From Candidatus Anstonellales archaeon (GTDB lineage Archaea > Micrarchaeota > Micrarchaeia > Anstonellales > J096), in NCBI GenBank assembly GCA_038890745.1, contig JAWAFD010000001.1, positions 188,907-252,906 on the forward strand: 64,000 nucleotides of DNA, in the 5' to 3' direction. The notes below the pieces were generated by a model. It saw only the letters and a program-made list of their open reading frames with translations. It did no database searches and was not told where the DNA came from. The position numbers were made by a program, and so were the translations under genes. Of this stretch, positions 10,393-19,130 are shown piece by piece; positions within the stretch are counted from its first letter, which is position 1; each line of letters starts with the position of its first letter.

Positions 10393-10490
10393 GGTGAGCC
10401 TGCCCGCAAGATGCCGTATCCGATAAAAGTTTTATGTCCTGGGCGCAAAGGAGACCGAGCTCCAAAGGATGAGAGCCCGCGGGGCTGGCA
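10393..10490. ncRNA. Candidate structured RNA, family unassigned
   Basis: GC-rich island in AT-rich intergenic DNA; possible stems AGCCTGC/GCGGGGCT, GCCCG/TGGGC and GCTC/GAGC; TTTAAA boxes on both sides. Confidence 0.3.
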
Positions 10491-10529
10491 AAAAGAAACC
10501 TATTTAAACCCAATTTCTCAATAAATCCC

Positions 10530-11327
10530 ATGAAGAAAATTTTTGCTTTGGTTTTGTTTTTCCCCCTGCTTTTTTCGTTGCAGTTAGTTTCACCTATAAT
10601 AAAGGAGATAAAAGAGAATGAGACGGTTTATTTAGGAAAAATAGGCCCGGGACAGACGATAGCCGTGGAGATCTACCCAAAGGTTTTTGAAGGAGGAAAA
10701 TTTGGAAGGGGAGGAAACTATGATTATGCATATGCGTGGGCAATTCCTCTTAAATGGAAATCAACACCGAGCAAGATATACGGAAATCCATTGCAGGTTT
10801 CCCTTACCTCAGCGCCCGATGCTGCAGAGGGGAATTATACAATAGAGATAGATGTTGAGGATGAGGGGAATGGGGAGCTTTTGGGGGTTTTCTCATTCTT
10901 TGTTGTTGTTGAGGTAACGCATGACAACATGGCGCTTTCAGTTGAACCAAAAAAACAAACAGTTGGAATAGGCCAGCCGGCTGTTTTTGCCATAACAATA
11001 GAGAACAAAGTAGATTCTGGGGATATTTTTATAATTTCTTCAAAAGGGGTTCCTGGATGGGAGTTCTCAAAACCGGTGTATGTTCCACCGAGAAGCAAAA
11101 AAACCATAAACTATGAGATTGTGTATGAAGAGGAGGAGCTTTTTGTTGGAAAGATATACGCTCAGTCTCAATCCAGCTCTGTTGTGAAACAAGAGGAAGG
11201 GTTTGCTGTTGATGTTCATTCAGATTTTGTTTCTGACTGCAAGGCAACAAACCATGGCACCCTTCTCTTCTCACCCTTTGAGGGTTTGATCTACTCTCTC
11301 GCAGGAATTTTTGGAATGTTCTTTTAG
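10530..11327 (+). CDS. Secreted/surface protein with Ig-like beta domains
   Basis: Signal peptide MKKIFALVLFFPLLFS, beta-rich pattern (AVFAITIEN), hydrophobic C-terminus. Confidence 0.75.
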   Translation: MKKIFALVLFFPLLFSLQLVSPIIKEIKENETVYLGKIGPGQTIAVEIYPKVFEGGKFGRGGNYDYAYAWAIPLKWKSTPSKIYGNPLQVSLTSAPDAAEGNYTIEIDVEDEGNGELLGVFSFFVVVEVTHDNMALSVEPKKQTVGIGQPAVFAITIENKVDSGDIFIISSKGVPGWEFSKPVYVPPRSKKTINYEIVYEEEELFVGKIYAQSQSSSVVKQEEGFAVDVHSDFVSDCKATNHGTLLFSPFEGLIYSLAGIFGMFF

Positions 11328-11828
11328 ATCTACATCAACAAGAATTTTTGAAGTAATGCTATCCACCATTCTATAAAGCCTTTTCGGCAACTCTCCTCTA
11401 AGCATGCTAAGCTCAAGAAGCAATTCGGCTATTCCGCCGTAGAAAACAAAACCAACATTTCCTGAATAGAACACAACTATTTTTCCATCTATAACTATGA
11501 ATGAATTGTACTCCTCCATTTCAATTTTTCTATATTTTATTTCATCATCCGGAACCCTTACCTCTCCATAAACTTTCTTCGCTTCCGCAAGTTCCTTGTG
11601 GGTTGCTTCTTCTTTCCAGCTAAAAGAATCTTCATATATTAGGCTCAATCTTCCATTAGCTTTTTTTATTTCATCAGCAAGCACTTCTCTTGCAATAATC
11701 ATTCTTTTTGTCTTTCCACTCTCCCCTAAAGAAAACTTCAATCCACGCAAAAAACCTTCATCTAAGGAAGAGGTTTGTATGAGCGATATCTTTTGTAGTT
11801 TTCTTGGCAACCTTTGTCTCGCGATCAT
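11271..11828 (-). CDS. Hypothetical protein
   Basis: 185-aa ORF filling the gap, protein-like composition; weak likeness to TrmB/PLD-like domains (FIVIDGK). Confidence 0.55.
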   Translation of the reverse strand: MIARQRLPRKLQKISLIQTSSLDEGFLRGLKFSLGESGKTKRMIIAREVLADEIKKANGRLSLIYEDSFSWKEEATHKELAEAKKVYGEVRVPDDEIKYRKIEMEEYNSFIVIDGKIVVFYSGNVGFVFYGGIAELLLELSMLRGELPKRLYRMVDSITSKILVDVDLKEHSKNSCERVDQTLKG

Positions 11829-11911
11829 ACTATATATTAGTGTTTATATCTGTTTTTAAATGTATGTGTTTAGAGGAGGGATTTTTAAACTCTGCACGCA
11901 AAAATATATCC

Positions 11912-13414
11912 ATGAATGAAGCTATAGAGTGGATAGTACAAGAACTAGTAAGGGGAAGGAAGGACATAGAGCAGATTAAAAAAGAGGCTGCCCTAAAATT
12001 CTCCCTTTCCTCCATGCCAAAAAATTCACAGATATTGGTGGGTTTTCCGAAAAACAAACTAACAAAAAAAATCAAAAAAATTCTTTTCAGAAAGCCATCA
12101 AGAACAGCTTCAGGGGTTACACCCATAGCGCTTATGATAAAGCCCGAAAATTCATGCAGATGGAATTGCGTCTACTGCCCCTATACTGGAAAAGCTCCTA
12201 AAAGCTATACTGGTGAGGAGCCTGCTGCACTGCGCGCGAGAATGGCAAACTTTGACCCAGAGGTGCAGATAAAAAACCGGTTAAAACAATACGAGATTCA
12301 GGGCCATCCTACGGATAAGTGCGAAATAATCATCATGGGAGGAACTTTTTTGCAGATGGAGAGGGGGTATAAGGAGGATTTTGTTGAATCAATATACAAC
12401 ACACTGAACGGAAAAAAATCAAAAAATATTCTGGATGCGAAAAAACTAAACGAGCGTGCAGAGCATAGGGTAGTTGGTTTAACGATAGAAACCCGTCCGG
12501 ATGTTTGCATTCCTTATATAGATGAAATGCTTTACTATGGTGCGACTAGGGTTGAGTTGGGCGTGCAGAACCCGGATGATAAAATCTATAAAATGATAAA
12601 CCGGGGGCATGGGGTGAAAGAGGTTGTGGAAAGTACGCGCGCATTGAAGGATGCATGCTTCAAAGTTGTTTATCATATTATGCTTGGCCTGCCCGGATCA
12701 AATCCAAAAAAGGATGTAGAGGTTTTCAAAAAGCTTTTCAGTGAGGAAAGGTTTCAGCCGGATATGTTGAAGATCTACCCAACCCTTCTCATTCCAGGAA
12801 CAAGGCTTTATGAGATGTATAAGGATGGAGGGTATGAACCATATTCTTCAGATGTTGCAGCAGGGGTTATTGTTGAGGCATACAGGTATATTCCCGAGTA
12901 TGTTCGTGTGATGAGAATACAACGAGACATTCCTGCAAATTTAATTTCTGCAGGAGTGAAAAAGAGCAACCTCAGAGAGTTGGTTGAGGAAAGGGCTAGA
13001 GAAAGAGGGAGGGTTTGGGAGATAAGAGCGAGGGAGCCAAGAGAAAATAAGAAATTGCCCAATACATTAGAAATTTTTAGGAGGGAATACATGGCGAGTG
13101 GAAGAAAAGAAATTTTTCTCTCATGCGAAGATGAGAATAGAGAAAACATTTTTGGTTTTGTTCGCTTAAGAATTGGCGAGATCGGATTGATAAGGGAACT
13201 GCATGTTTATGGGCAGGAGGTCGGGATAGGAAAAAGAGGAGGTGTTCAGCATAGAGGAATCGGGAAAAAGCTGATGGGAGAAGCAGAGAGGATTGCAAAA
13301 GAAGAGTTTGGACTGGAAAGGATGAGGGTGATAAGCGGAGCAGGGGTTAGACCTTATTACTATTCTTTGGGGTATAAATTAAAAGAGCCATATGTGGAAA
13401 AGGATTTAATGTAA
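11912..13414 (+). CDS. elp3: Elp3 radical SAM/GNAT tRNA U34 modification enzyme
   Basis: CRWNCVYCP, PKSYTGEEPA, TIETRPD, RELHVYG, QHRGIG; start moved to ATG 11912. Confidence 0.95.
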   Translation: MNEAIEWIVQELVRGRKDIEQIKKEAALKFSLSSMPKNSQILVGFPKNKLTKKIKKILFRKPSRTASGVTPIALMIKPENSCRWNCVYCPYTGKAPKSYTGEEPAALRARMANFDPEVQIKNRLKQYEIQGHPTDKCEIIIMGGTFLQMERGYKEDFVESIYNTLNGKKSKNILDAKKLNERAEHRVVGLTIETRPDVCIPYIDEMLYYGATRVELGVQNPDDKIYKMINRGHGVKEVVESTRALKDACFKVVYHIMLGLPGSNPKKDVEVFKKLFSEERFQPDMLKIYPTLLIPGTRLYEMYKDGGYEPYSSDVAAGVIVEAYRYIPEYVRVMRIQRDIPANLISAGVKKSNLRELVEERARERGRVWEIRAREPRENKKLPNTLEIFRREYMASGRKEIFLSCEDENRENIFGFVRLRIGEIGLIRELHVYGQEVGIGKRGGVQHRGIGKKLMGEAERIAKEEFGLERMRVISGAGVRPYYYSLGYKLKEPYVEKDLM

Positions 13415-13426
13415 CTATAGTTACAA

Positions 13427-14347
13427 TCACTCCCCACTCTTTATACTAGCTCCATATTCGTTTAACAGTTTCACCACTTCACACTGATTAGTCTCTATAG
13501 CAAGGGCAAGGGCAGATGGTTTCCCTGGTAAATCCATAGCTACCGCATTTGGGTCTGCACCAAAACCCAAAAGTTTTTCAACCGTTTCAACATCCTTTTC
13601 CTTAATAGCTTCTATTAATGCCATATTGCATAGGTATTGCTCTGGGCAAAGGATTTCCATAAAATTAGATGGTGGTTTTGTTCTGGTAATTTTAAATGCT
13701 TCATCAATTCCAAACCTTTCGACCATTTCTGCTATGAAGTGATATCCTGGGATGTATGGGTTGTATTTTGCCATCAGTTTAGCAACTAATTCTACATCCC
13801 CCCTAAAAAAAATTTTCGCAATAGTTATGTTTTTCGACATCCATTCTCCAAAATAATCCCCAGCCATTCCCTTTGCCATTTCAAAGTTCCCTAAACTATA
13901 AAGCCATCCAATAAATGCTGCCCTCCCTTCCATCAAACACATCCTCGTTATCGTTCCGTCATAATAAAGTTGGTTTTGAAAATCTAGGATATGCATCAAT
14001 TCATGTGCCAGAAGGTATCTTACGCTCTTATAGTAGTTCTTCCTCTCGCTAAAATCTGCTTGTTTCCCTATCCATACTACTGGCGGGTCTGCTGTGGCGA
14101 TATGATAGCTTGGATGGTTCCTTATCTTTTGTGGATTAAGGAGCAAAAACATAAGCCACATTTTTTTTATTTCAGCAAAATGCTCCTTACTTACTTTTTT
14201 TCCTACATCCCTGCTTGTGTCCACTACTGGCTCTTTTATAAATTCCATGCGTGTAACATTTCTAATAAATTTCATGGCGTCATTAAGCTCCTTGTTAAGC
14301 CTAGCTACTCTCACTCCATTTTCTATCTTCTCTTCTAGACTCTTCAT
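13427..14347 (-). CDS. Zincin-like metallopeptidase with C-terminal ankyrin repeats
   Basis: LAHELMH, MEGRA, PY..G..F...PPS; C-terminal LLGFGADPN and ALALAIETNQCEVVKLLNEYGA. Confidence 0.75.
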   Translation of the reverse strand: MKSLEEKIENGVRVARLNKELNDAMKFIRNVTRMEFIKEPVVDTSRDVGKKVSKEHFAEIKKMWLMFLLLNPQKIRNHPSYHIATADPPVVWIGKQADFSERKNYYKSVRYLLAHELMHILDFQNQLYYDGTITRMCLMEGRAAFIGWLYSLGNFEMAKGMAGDYFGEWMSKNITIAKIFFRGDVELVAKLMAKYNPYIPGYHFIAEMVERFGIDEAFKITRTKPPSNFMEILCPEQYLCNMALIEAIKEKDVETVEKLLGFGADPNAVAMDLPGKPSALALAIETNQCEVVKLLNEYGASIKSGE

Positions 14348-14404
14348 GTATAATATTTGGCGTAAATACATTTTTAAACATTTTGTATTACTAATTGAAA
14401 ACTT

Positions 14405-15205
14405 TTAATCCTTATACTTTTTTACGTAATCCTCCCTTATTTTCAAAAGTTCCAAATATTCCCTCTGCAACTCCTCAAACTCCCTCTCCTCTTCCTCAGA
14501 GAATTTTTTTATCTGCCTCTCAGCATTTTTTACCTGTATTTTCACGCTTACAGCCTCAAGCTTTTTCTCATTCAGAAGAACATTCTCAGCTTCTTTTTCC
14601 GGAACCCATATTACCCCCCCATTTATCCTTACCATCACCTCGCTTTCATCAGGTTTTCCTTTAAGAAGTTTTTTGTTCCTGAAAATTACATCCATCCCGA
14701 GCCTTCCCATCCTTTTTGCTATTCTCGCAACGAGCGCGCTCTTTTCCCCATCGGTTCTTATCTCCTCTTTCAAACCACCATTTCTTACTGCCTCAACAAC
14801 CTTTTCCTTTTTCTTCAGTTTATTCACATCATCAATAAGCTTTCCTATTTCCTCCTTCAATTCCACATTCCTTTTTATTATCCTTCCCCTCGCTGAAAGA
14901 ATTTCCCATGCCTCACCGGTTTTTGTTTTTAGCGCCCTATCTATTTCATCTTCTTTGAACTCCTTAAGTTTTTTGTTCAACCTCTCAAGCTCTGTTTCCA
15001 TGGGAACAAAAAACACATACTTTTTCTCCTCAAGTATTTTTTCTATTTTTTCAATCTCCTTCTGCAGGTTTTCATTCTCGCTTTTTACCAATTCCTTTGC
15101 GTTCTCATCAGCGCCGGTCCTTTCCATATACCTAAGCTTGTAGTCATTCTCAGCTTTCATCTTTCTAAACTCTATTAGCCTTGCGCACTCTCTCCATAAC
15201 TCCAT
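14405..15205 (-). CDS. Hypothetical coiled-coil protein
   Basis: 266-aa Glu/Lys-rich ORF. Confidence 0.75.
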   Translation of the reverse strand: MELWRECARLIEFRKMKAENDYKLRYMERTGADENAKELVKSENENLQKEIEKIEKILEEKKYVFFVPMETELERLNKKLKEFKEDEIDRALKTKTGEAWEILSARGRIIKRNVELKEEIGKLIDDVNKLKKKEKVVEAVRNGGLKEEIRTDGEKSALVARIAKRMGRLGMDVIFRNKKLLKGKPDESEVMVRINGGVIWVPEKEAENVLLNEKKLEAVSVKIQVKNAERQIKKFSEEEEREFEELQREYLELLKIREDYVKKYKD

Positions 15206-15228
15206 GCTAAGTATATTGGAAGAAACAT

Positions 15229-16779
15229 TTAATAATGGTTATTTTTAGCAACGGCTGCAGCAAAAAGCAGAGCAAAAATTATCATTGTGCTATAACATCC
15301 ACCACCGCTTTTTTCCTCCTTGCTACCCTCCTCCCACACTGCGTTTTCTTCTGCTTCCAAAAAGAACTCTTCTAGATAGTTTGCAAGGTTTGTAACCTCA
15401 GCCCCACCCGAGAATCTTGCCTGGCTTCCGTATAGTTTTCCCCACATTGTTCTATACTCCGTTCCGACCTCGCTCTTTTTGCCTGTTCGCGCATCGTTTA
15501 TGGATTTTGCAAAAATGGCCTCATACCCTGCGGCAAGGTATTTCCCCTCATCATAAAGCTTCTTTGCATTCTCAACATGATTTGCGGCCTCAAGCGTAAC
15601 AATCTGTTTTTCGACCTTCCCTATTATCTCCTTTGCGCGCTCTTTGTAAGCACTTTCATTCAAAACCTTTCCACCGCTTTTTTTGTTCAGTTGTTGTGCA
15701 ATCTCGCACCATCCATGTGCGTATTCCAACTTGTTCATGAGAATGTACTTCTCTTCTTTCAGCTCAGGCTTTGCAGCCTTTACGACCTTTACCTCATTCT
15801 CAGCCCATTTTTTTCTTACTTCAGCTCCGACAACCCATTCCCAGTTTTCCTCTGTTTTTTGATTCAGCGTTGTTGCATTGATGCATTCCTCAACCTCAGA
15901 TATTTTTTCCTCAAGCGTTTTTGAATTAACATCCCTGATTGTTCTCAGGTCTGTGAGAATGGTGAATGCATCGTTTGCTGCGCTGTACTGATACCCCATT
16001 CTCAACAGTTCTTTCTGAAGCGCGATGCTCTCCTGCACATAGTTATAAATCTCTTGCGGAATTTTTGCATCGCTCAATTCGCTTTCTTCCATCCCCATCA
16101 TTTCTTCCGCAATCTCATCAAACCCATCCACCTTCCATCCATTCTCTTCTTCCGGGATTTTTTCTGTTCTTTTCAGCTTTATTCCTTCTGGGGTTATGTT
16201 GAGAAACATGAACCCAAGCGCTTCCTCAACACTCCGCACGTACAAAATCGTAAAATTCTCATCCTCAAGCTTCTTTGTAAGCATGTATTCAGATATGCTT
16301 GGCTTAGGTGCCAAAAAGAATTTTTTTCCTATTTTTTTTGAAACCAATGCCTTTTCATACACACCCCCTACGCTCCCGATATTACCGTTTTCATCAACGC
16401 TCCCCGTTGCCATCGTATCCTCTCGAGGGGTCATGTTTGCGAGCAGGGAGTATGCGTATATTGTAAAAACTATTCCCCCAGAAGGCCCATCTATGTTTTC
16501 CACATTTGTGTGAGGAAAAGATATTCTGAAAGAGCATTCCTTTCCAGAGATTTTTTTCGCCAGGTTTGTTGCAGTCATGAAAGAATTTTGCGTTGTAATA
16601 CCTATGTAAGGTGGGATTTCAAGATAGGTTGAATTTCCTTCTCCGATAACCATCACGGCATTAACAAGACCCCCTTCCTCTCCTGCTATTGCCGGAACAT
16701 AAAAAACTACAGACCCATTGCATGCGCTCGCAGCAACGGAAAACAGGGCCAGGATGAATAAAAAAATTCTCATTTTCAT
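15229..16779 (-). CDS. Secreted S16 (Lon-like proteolytic domain) serine protease
   Basis: Signal peptide, IDGPSGG (catalytic Ser), TGSVDENGNIGSVGGVYEK (Lys), C-terminal Cys plus TM anchor. Confidence 0.88.
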   Translation of the reverse strand: MKMRIFLFILALFSVAASACNGSVVFYVPAIAGEEGGLVNAVMVIGEGNSTYLEIPPYIGITTQNSFMTATNLAKKISGKECSFRISFPHTNVENIDGPSGGIVFTIYAYSLLANMTPREDTMATGSVDENGNIGSVGGVYEKALVSKKIGKKFFLAPKPSISEYMLTKKLEDENFTILYVRSVEEALGFMFLNITPEGIKLKRTEKIPEEENGWKVDGFDEIAEEMMGMEESELSDAKIPQEIYNYVQESIALQKELLRMGYQYSAANDAFTILTDLRTIRDVNSKTLEEKISEVEECINATTLNQKTEENWEWVVGAEVRKKWAENEVKVVKAAKPELKEEKYILMNKLEYAHGWCEIAQQLNKKSGGKVLNESAYKERAKEIIGKVEKQIVTLEAANHVENAKKLYDEGKYLAAGYEAIFAKSINDARTGKKSEVGTEYRTMWGKLYGSQARFSGGAEVTNLANYLEEFFLEAEENAVWEEGSKEEKSGGGCYSTMIIFALLFAAAVAKNNHY

Positions 16780-16780
16780 T

Positions 16781-16902
16781 TGCGGCCGCCGGGATTTCCA
16801 AACCCTTTTCCGCTGAAGCGCTTTTAGGCAGCCCGAAAAGGGCTCTTTGAACCCGGGTCGTTGGCTTGGAAGGCCAAAGTCCTACCACTAGACTACGGCC
16901 GC
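16781..16902 (-). tRNA. tRNA-Gly(TCC) with 51-nt intron at 59/60 (16795-16845)
   Basis: Acceptor GCGGCCG/CGGCCGC, anticodon arm TTGGC-CTTCCAA-GCCAA, BHB TTCA-AAG / TGGA-AAT in the T-loop. Confidence 0.93.
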
Positions 16903-16957
16903 TAGGGTTTTTTATTTTCTGGAAAGTGTTTTTAAATGTTCCACGTATTATGCTGGT

Positions 16958-17587
16958 GTGGAAGCCCTGATTTTTATACTCAGCAAAGGAGGAAGGAACG
17001 GTTTTATTCAGATTAAAAACAAAGAGCTGGCGGAATTTCTCGGCATTACTCCTCAAGCTGTTCCCTACGTTATTAGAAAGCTCGAATCAGAAAAACTTAT
17101 CACGAAAAAAGATGGGAAGATAAAAATTACAGAAAAGGGCGTGGAGGAATGCATGAGGTATTATTCGATCCTTAAATCTGCGTTTGAGCGCGATAGACTT
17201 TGCATTCGCGGAAAGGTTGCTTCTGGGCTTGGGGAGGGAAAAAAATTCCTTTCCATAAAAGAATACAGAAAAGGGATATCAGAAGCGATTGGTTTCATAC
17301 CTTTTGAAGGAACACTTAACATTGTTCTTCCGGATAGAGAGGTTTGGAAGAGGGAGGTTTTGATGAGGAAGGAGCCCATCTTTGTACGCGGTTTTAGGAA
17401 GGGGGAGGAGCTGTATGGGGGGCTCTACCTTTATCCATGCAGGATAAACAAAAGGAGGGCGTGTATAATCATTCCTCTTAAAAGCAGGCATCCCTCAAAC
17501 GTTGTTGAGATAATAGCAAGGGAAAATCTGCGAAAAATGCTTAGGCTTAAAAACAATTCGGAAGTAATTGTTGAAGTTGAATTTTAG
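16958..17587 (+). CDS. ribK: CTP-dependent riboflavin kinase with N-terminal wHTH
   Basis: GKVASGLGEG, PFEGTLN, VVEIIARENLR. Confidence 0.92.
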   Translation: MEALIFILSKGGRNGFIQIKNKELAEFLGITPQAVPYVIRKLESEKLITKKDGKIKITEKGVEECMRYYSILKSAFERDRLCIRGKVASGLGEGKKFLSIKEYRKGISEAIGFIPFEGTLNIVLPDREVWKREVLMRKEPIFVRGFRKGEELYGGLYLYPCRINKRRACIIIPLKSRHPSNVVEIIARENLRKMLRLKNNSEVIVEVEF

Positions 17588-18796
17588 GTGGTTTGCTTGG
17601 CAAAAAACATTGTTGTCTCAAAAGGCGGATATACGCCTGTTCCTGAGCTTGATGTTGAGATCGTTGAGAGAAAAGGGCTTGGCCATCCTGATACGATCAT
17701 AGATGGAATAATGGAAGAGATAAGCGTAGAGCTTTGCAAGGCATACCTGAAAGAGTTTGGAACGATCCTCCATCACAATGTTGACAAGGGCCAGATAGTT
17801 GGCGGTGAGGCAAAACCCGAGTTTGGTGGCGGGAAGATCATCCAGCCGCTTTTCATCCTTCTTAGCGGAAGGGCGAGTTATGAGGCAGATGGCAAGGTTT
17901 TCCCTGTTCAGGAGATTGCTCTGGAAACAACAAAAAAATACATAAAACAGAACACAAGATTCCTTGACCCTGATGCTGATGTTGAGATAATGTCAAAGAT
18001 AAGACCCGGAAGCAAAGATCTGGTGGAGCTCTTTTTAAGAAATAAGGGTAAGGTCCCTCTTGCAAACGACACAAGCTTCGGTGTAGGGTATGCTCCCTTT
18101 TCGGATGCAGAGAAGGTTGTTCTTGCTGTTGAAAAATACCTTAACTCAAAGGAATACAAAAAACTTCATCCTGAGGTTGGGGAGGACATAAAGGTAATGG
18201 GGCTGAGAGAAAATAGAAGAATAAAGCTTACGGTTGCGGTTGCTTTTGTAGACCGGTTTATCCATTCAATAGACGAATATGTGAAAGCAAAGGAGCGTGT
18301 TACAAAAGATATTCTAAAAAAAGCGAAGGAAATTACAGATATGGATGTTGAGGTTTTTGTGAACACTGCAGATGATATAAAGAACAACTCTGTTTACATA
18401 ACCGTAACAGGGTTGAGTGCAGAAGCAGGGGATGATGGCTCTGTTGGAAGGGGAAACAGGGTAAATGGTTTGATAACCCCATTCAGGCTTATGACACTTG
18501 AGGCTGCAGCCGGAAAAAACCCAGTCAGCCATGTGGGAAAAATCTACTCCGTTCTTGCATTCAAGATTGCAGAGGATATAAGCAAAGAATACCCAAGTTT
18601 AAGGGATGTGAGCGTTTCTCTTCTCAGCCAGATCGGAAAACCCATAAATGAACCAAAGATGGCCTTTATAGAATTGGTTGGGGATGATGTTGAGCCACTC
18701 AAAAGTAAAGCACGCTACATAGCAGAGCAAAACCTGGAGAATATAGAGGAATTAACAAAACTTATAGTAGGAAAAAAGGTTGGAGTTTTTTATTGA
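17588..18796 (+). CDS. mat: Archaeal methionine adenosyltransferase
   Basis: [42 protein letters not shown]. Confidence 0.96.
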   Translation: MVCLAKNIVVSKGGYTPVPELDVEIVERKGLGHPDTIIDGIMEEISVELCKAYLKEFGTILHHNVDKGQIVGGEAKPEFGGGKIIQPLFILLSGRASYEADGKVFPVQEIALETTKKYIKQNTRFLDPDADVEIMSKIRPGSKDLVELFLRNKGKVPLANDTSFGVGYAPFSDAEKVVLAVEKYLNSKEYKKLHPEVGEDIKVMGLRENRRIKLTVAVAFVDRFIHSIDEYVKAKERVTKDILKKAKEITDMDVEVFVNTADDIKNNSVYITVTGLSAEAGDDGSVGRGNRVNGLITPFRLMTLEAAAGKNPVSHVGKIYSVLAFKIAEDISKEYPSLRDVSVSLLSQIGKPINEPKMAFIELVGDDVEPLKSKARYIAEQNLENIEELTKLIVGKKVGVFY

Positions 18797-18875
18797 TTTT
18801 CTATTTTTTCGAATTCTGATGGCTCAGCGTTATGTTTAAATTCCTTACGGTTGGAAATCAAAAAGCCGTGATAGC

Positions 18876-19130
18876 ATGGAAGTGACGGTAGAGCTGACTG
18901 TTGCGGGCATGAAGCAAAGGCACAAATTTAAGACAATAAAGGAGACAACCCCCTTCGGAACCTATGAGCTCATAAACATCCCCCTGACCGTTTCAAAGCT
19001 TGAGCTTCTAAGGATTGCAAATGAAAAAGGGATGCCTGTTTTCAACAATGGTGAAAAATACTTCCCAAAAGGAAAAACAGCAAGGGATATCATAATGGAA
19101 AATAAGGAGAAAGGGAAAAAGAAAAAGTAG
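18876..19130 (+). CDS. Small hypothetical protein
   Basis: 84-aa ORF with GTGA RBS-like motif, fills the gap. Confidence 0.7.
   Translation: MEVTVELTVAGMKQRHKFKTIKETTPFGTYELINIPLTVSKLELLRIANEKGMPVFNNGEKYFPKGKTARDIIMENKEKGKKKK

Noticed and set aside
10393..10490. 5S rRNA, SRP RNA, tRNA or ribozyme
   Set aside because: No CCGAAC/GAAGTTAAG, SRP helix 8, T-loop or hammerhead core; left unassigned.
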